Source: Macrostomum lignano (taxonomy: Eukaryota). From it: 41,321 nucleotides of DNA. The stretch's first letter is position 1. Every line of letters begins with the position of its first letter. The stretch is from positions 307,722-349,042 of the forward strand of contig NIVC01000917.1 of the NCBI GenBank assembly GCA_002269645.1, given 5' to 3'. A program made the position numbers and the translations under genes. This document shows, piece after piece, positions 37,774 through 41,321 of this stretch. The notes under the pieces were generated by a model, which saw only the letters and a list, made by a program, of their open reading frames with translations, was not told the DNA's origin and searched no databases.

Positions 37774-39611
37774 GATGCAGCGCAAGGAAGCGCCTTTAAA
37801 TATTGAAGTCAATTTGCGTTTTTTGGAATTGCAGCCTCTGTCTACTCTAAAGCACTGTGCTTGGCGCACCTCGCTTTTTAAAAATCTAATTGAGTTGCTC
37901 AGCCCGCAGGGTGCAAGGTCTCAGCTCGCTCGTATGCAAGAGCAACACAACACGAATAGTATTTTGCTTGCATTTTCCGTCACGTTTCCTACCTAAACTT
38001 CTGCTTATAACCGTCCTTTATACTTTATTTCTTTCTACCTTTATAATTATAAATACGCTAATTTTCTTGTATAGCTACAATTTTATGTGCATATATTTCT
38101 CCTGTAAGCTTTTAATTATTCATAGGTCGTGCAATTGGCGGCAAATTTACTTTTAATCTCAGTGTACATTTAAACATCTAAATATAACTGTGATTTGAAA
38201 GAAAATAACCCTCGTGTTTTTATTTGGGGCTTGCTTGAGTTGGGCTATCAGCCTGATGCAATTTGGCATGCATGACAGGTCCGCCAGTGTTTGGTTATTT
38301 ATTATAATGGAGTCTGCCTTAATGAGCTATTTCATCGATGAAATTACTTGTCGATTGGGCAATGCTTATGCTTAGTTTACGTTAGTAACCTTTCGTTCTA
38401 CGAGTGCGACAGTGTCTAGGAATATTATTTGATTTTCTGCATTCAACATGCGCAGATTTTGCAACTTGTTTTGCGTAGGCAAACAATTAAAAATTAACAG
38501 AATCTCGGTTTCAATTTGGTTTGATACAAGAGAAATTAGTACATTTACAAGTTGCCAGAATTTTTAGAAAATTCCATTTTAAAACTTGTTTTAAGTGTAA
38601 CTCGTGCGCACTGCGCAGCTAAAGTAGCTCGTAATACTTCTTTTGAATTGAATTCAACGCAAATGGCTTTTATATATTACTAGCTACAGTACTACACTGC
38701 TGCTTGATTGGCTGTGCTCATCAAGTATTAAATATATTTAGTCGGCACGGTCTTTTCTTGGCCATTTGCATTTTTGGCTACAGCCTGTGAAGCACGAGCT
38801 GCTGGCTACTTTAACATCAGCAGTAGAGGTAGAGAAAGAGATAGAGAAGGCATTACTCGGGGTCCTCGGACCCATTGGCGTGGTGTGGAGGTGAGTCACT
38901 GAGTCGAGAAAGGTGCACCGTACCGTCTCCCTCCCTCCCTGTCCATACCATACCATTGCTTTAACATAAAACTACTATATTCACCCCTAACATTTAAATT
39001 GAAAGGGCCCTACACCTACAAGCCAACCCCCTACGGGCCACGGCGCCGTCGTAAAGTGAACAGGTTTTATTGATCGTCGCAGCACACTGCTACTTGCCCT
39101 AAGAAACAGTACGGGGCGCCTATGGGGGTAGGTGGGGTTTGGAGGGTTTCACCACCGCTTGGCGGGGTTGTCTGTCTGTCCCACCCGCTCTTATCTTCTC
39201 ACCAAAGAACAGCCGGCCCGCGTACATTCAAACCCCCACCCCTCTCAACTCTCCGCGATTGCAAATGTGGGGGCGTGCGGGCTGCCTAATAAAATTTGTT
39301 TTGCCCTGGGGGAGTGAGGAATATCGGACTTAGCTCTACGGAGAGAGCAAGAAAGAGCTTCTCTTTTCTTCACCCGATTGCTTTAGTAGTTTTTTGCCAC
39401 CACCCCGTCGCGGCCGTCCGTCTTCTCAGTTTGTTTGTTGTTTGGCCGGTCTCTTCCTGCCCTTGACAGGAAAGCAACCTGTATACGAGCCGTATATATA
39501 TAGTCTACTAGACTTGACCAAAGAATAAGACAAACCTTACCCCATCCACGGTGCTCGATTTCCACAATATACGGCTGCACAGCGGAATCGTCTAATTTTA
39601 AAGCCTAGATC

Positions 39612-39935
39612 ATGTCACGCCCCCAGTTCACTCAGTCCGTACTGCTTGACGCCGACGAAAACATAGCCGACTTGCTTAGGAAATTCCCCGACCTGGGCAA
39701 AGATGGCGGCACAGTTAGCAAGGATGAACTGCGCGACGCTCTCGACGCTATGGGCGCCAAAGTGTCCGGTTTCCAGCTGCGAGACCTGCTGAACGATCTA
39801 ATGCCAACCAAGACTTCGTTCGATAAGGATGCGCTGGTCACGCTGTATTGCCAGGTGAAAATGAAGCAGCCCGATCGAGATGTCAAAGATTCTATGAAGA
39901 AGCTGCATAATCCCGAGGATAAACAGTCAATGAAG
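39612..39935 (+). CDS. Plastin/fimbrin-like actin-bundling protein, first coding exon (EF-hand headpiece); the gene continues beyond the window
   Basis: DLGKDGGTVSKDELRDALDAMGAKVSGFQLRDLLNDL..LYCQVK..DVKDSMKK aligns by eye with the plastin N-terminus (D.DG.G.IS..EL..L......LPGY.VR.....L ... LK..DVAK.F.K); donor AAG|GTGAGC at 39936; the CH domains are not in the window. Confidence 0.65.
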
Positions 39936-40422
39936 GTGAGCTTCAGCTACAAATATATTTTGTTAAAAATTAAAACCTTTTTCTTTCGTTTTTAATTTTT
40001 GCACTTTTTAGCACTAATATGCAAAAATGTACTCTCTCTTTTTTGCTAATGATCATAATTTAATAATTAAGCAGTTAAATTTCAAATAAATTTCAATTGA
40101 TATTTAGATGATTATATCTTAGATTGATTTTGTTAAGTCAAAAGAAAAGATTTGATCATTAAATAGAAAATATTTTCTATTTTATACTACTAAAAGTAGA
40201 GTAATTCATTAGAAAAGAAAGTATAGTTTTAATGATTTTTATCTGTTAATTTTATATATTACCTATACCTATTAGGCCATGGTAAAGCTAATTGTTTATA
40301 ATATATAAACCATCATTAATCTAAATGTTGACAAAATTAAGTTTAAATATTGATATGTTGCTTATCTTATACATTACCTCACTCTTATTTTATGATCTTG
40401 TTCCTAGTGTGTCATTTACCAG

Positions 40423-41150
40423 AAGGACCTGGAGTAGTGACCAAGGACCTGGGGTAGTGACCAAGGACCTGTGGTAGTGACCAAGGACCTGGGGTAGTGA
40501 CCAAGGACCTGTGGTAGTGACCATGACCAAGGACATGAGGTAGCAGCCAGAGGACCTGGGGTAGTGACTAAGGACCTGGGGACCTGAGGTAGTGGCCAAA
40601 CAACCTGGGGTAGTGTCCAAGGACCTGGGATATTGATAAACGACCTGGGGTAGTGACCTAGGACCTGGGATAGTGATAAAGGACCTTGGGTAGTGGGTAG
40701 TTACAAGGACCTGAGGTAGCAGCCAGAGGACCTGGGGTAGTGGCAAGGACCTGAGGTAGCAGCCAGAGGACCTGGGGTAGTGGCAAGGACCTAGGAAGTG
40801 ACCAAGGACCCGGGGTAGCAGCCAGAGGACCTGGGTAGTGACCAAGGACCTGGGTAGCAGCCAGAGGACCTGGGTAGTGACCAAGGACCTGGGGTAGCAG
40901 CCAGAGGACCTGGGTAGTGACCAAGGACCTGGGTAGTGACCAAGGACCTGAGGTAGCAGCCAGAGGACCTGGGTAGTGGCAAGGACCTAGGAAGTGACCA
41001 AGGACCGGGTAGCAGCCAGAGGACCTGGGTAGTGACCAAGGACCTGGGGTAGCAGCCAGAGGACCTGGGTAGTGACCAAGGACCTGGGGTAGCAGCCAGA
41101 GGACCTGGGGTAGTGACCAAGGACCTGAGGTAGCAGCCAGAGGACCTGGG
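40423..41150. repeat. Mixed 19-21-bp minisatellite (GTAGTGACCAAGGACCTGGG / GTAGCAGCCAGAGGACCTGGG) in the plastin intron
   Basis: Seen directly. Confidence 0.95.
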
Positions 41151-41321
41151 ATAGCTAAAGCTTAGCACTGAATGCTGCATGTAAAATAGCGACTAGTTGC
41201 ATCTTCCAAGTCGAAAGCTGAAGACTCAAAAAGTCCTTTTTTAATTTTTTTATTCGAATAATGCAAAAGACGACGCACTCATTCCAATTCAAAATTGGGT
41301 ATCTGAGAAACAAAAGCAAAG

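Noticed and set aside
35966-41180. ORFs at 35966-36604, 37097-37720 and 40390-41180
   Set aside because: All are translations of minisatellite arrays.

Overview
Eukaryotic (animal) genomic DNA: GC-rich exons with GT-AG introns, separated by AT-rich spacers packed with mini- and microsatellites. The style suggests the flatworm Macrostomum (inference only). Supported genes: the 3' part of a DEG/ENaC channel (+, about 309-3026); a CFAP92/KIAA1257-like ciliary gene (-, 4 exons, 6499-11623); an SFT2 vesicle-transport gene (-, 3 exons, 16647-18292); an ALMS1-like gene (+, at least 3 exons, 31893-35745); the first coding exon of a plastin/fimbrin (+, 39612-39935); and a weak hypothetical single-pass membrane gene (-, 4022-5192). 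Repeats: a tRNA-headed SINE family (2 long copies, 3 fragments), several MITE/foldback elements, a decayed RNase H-bearing LINE, PHD-finger and Myb/SANT remnants, and over a dozen tandem arrays. Best leads: sharply bounded CpG deserts with reciprocal CpG decay in a transposon TIR (a methylation footprint); arrays filling most long introns, some made of RFX-like or AP-1 motifs or supplying branch-point-like motifs; a 46-bp perfect palindrome with an 8-bp TSD; and a possible splice donor supplied by a MITE end. All coordinates and counts were read by eye; no database searches were run.
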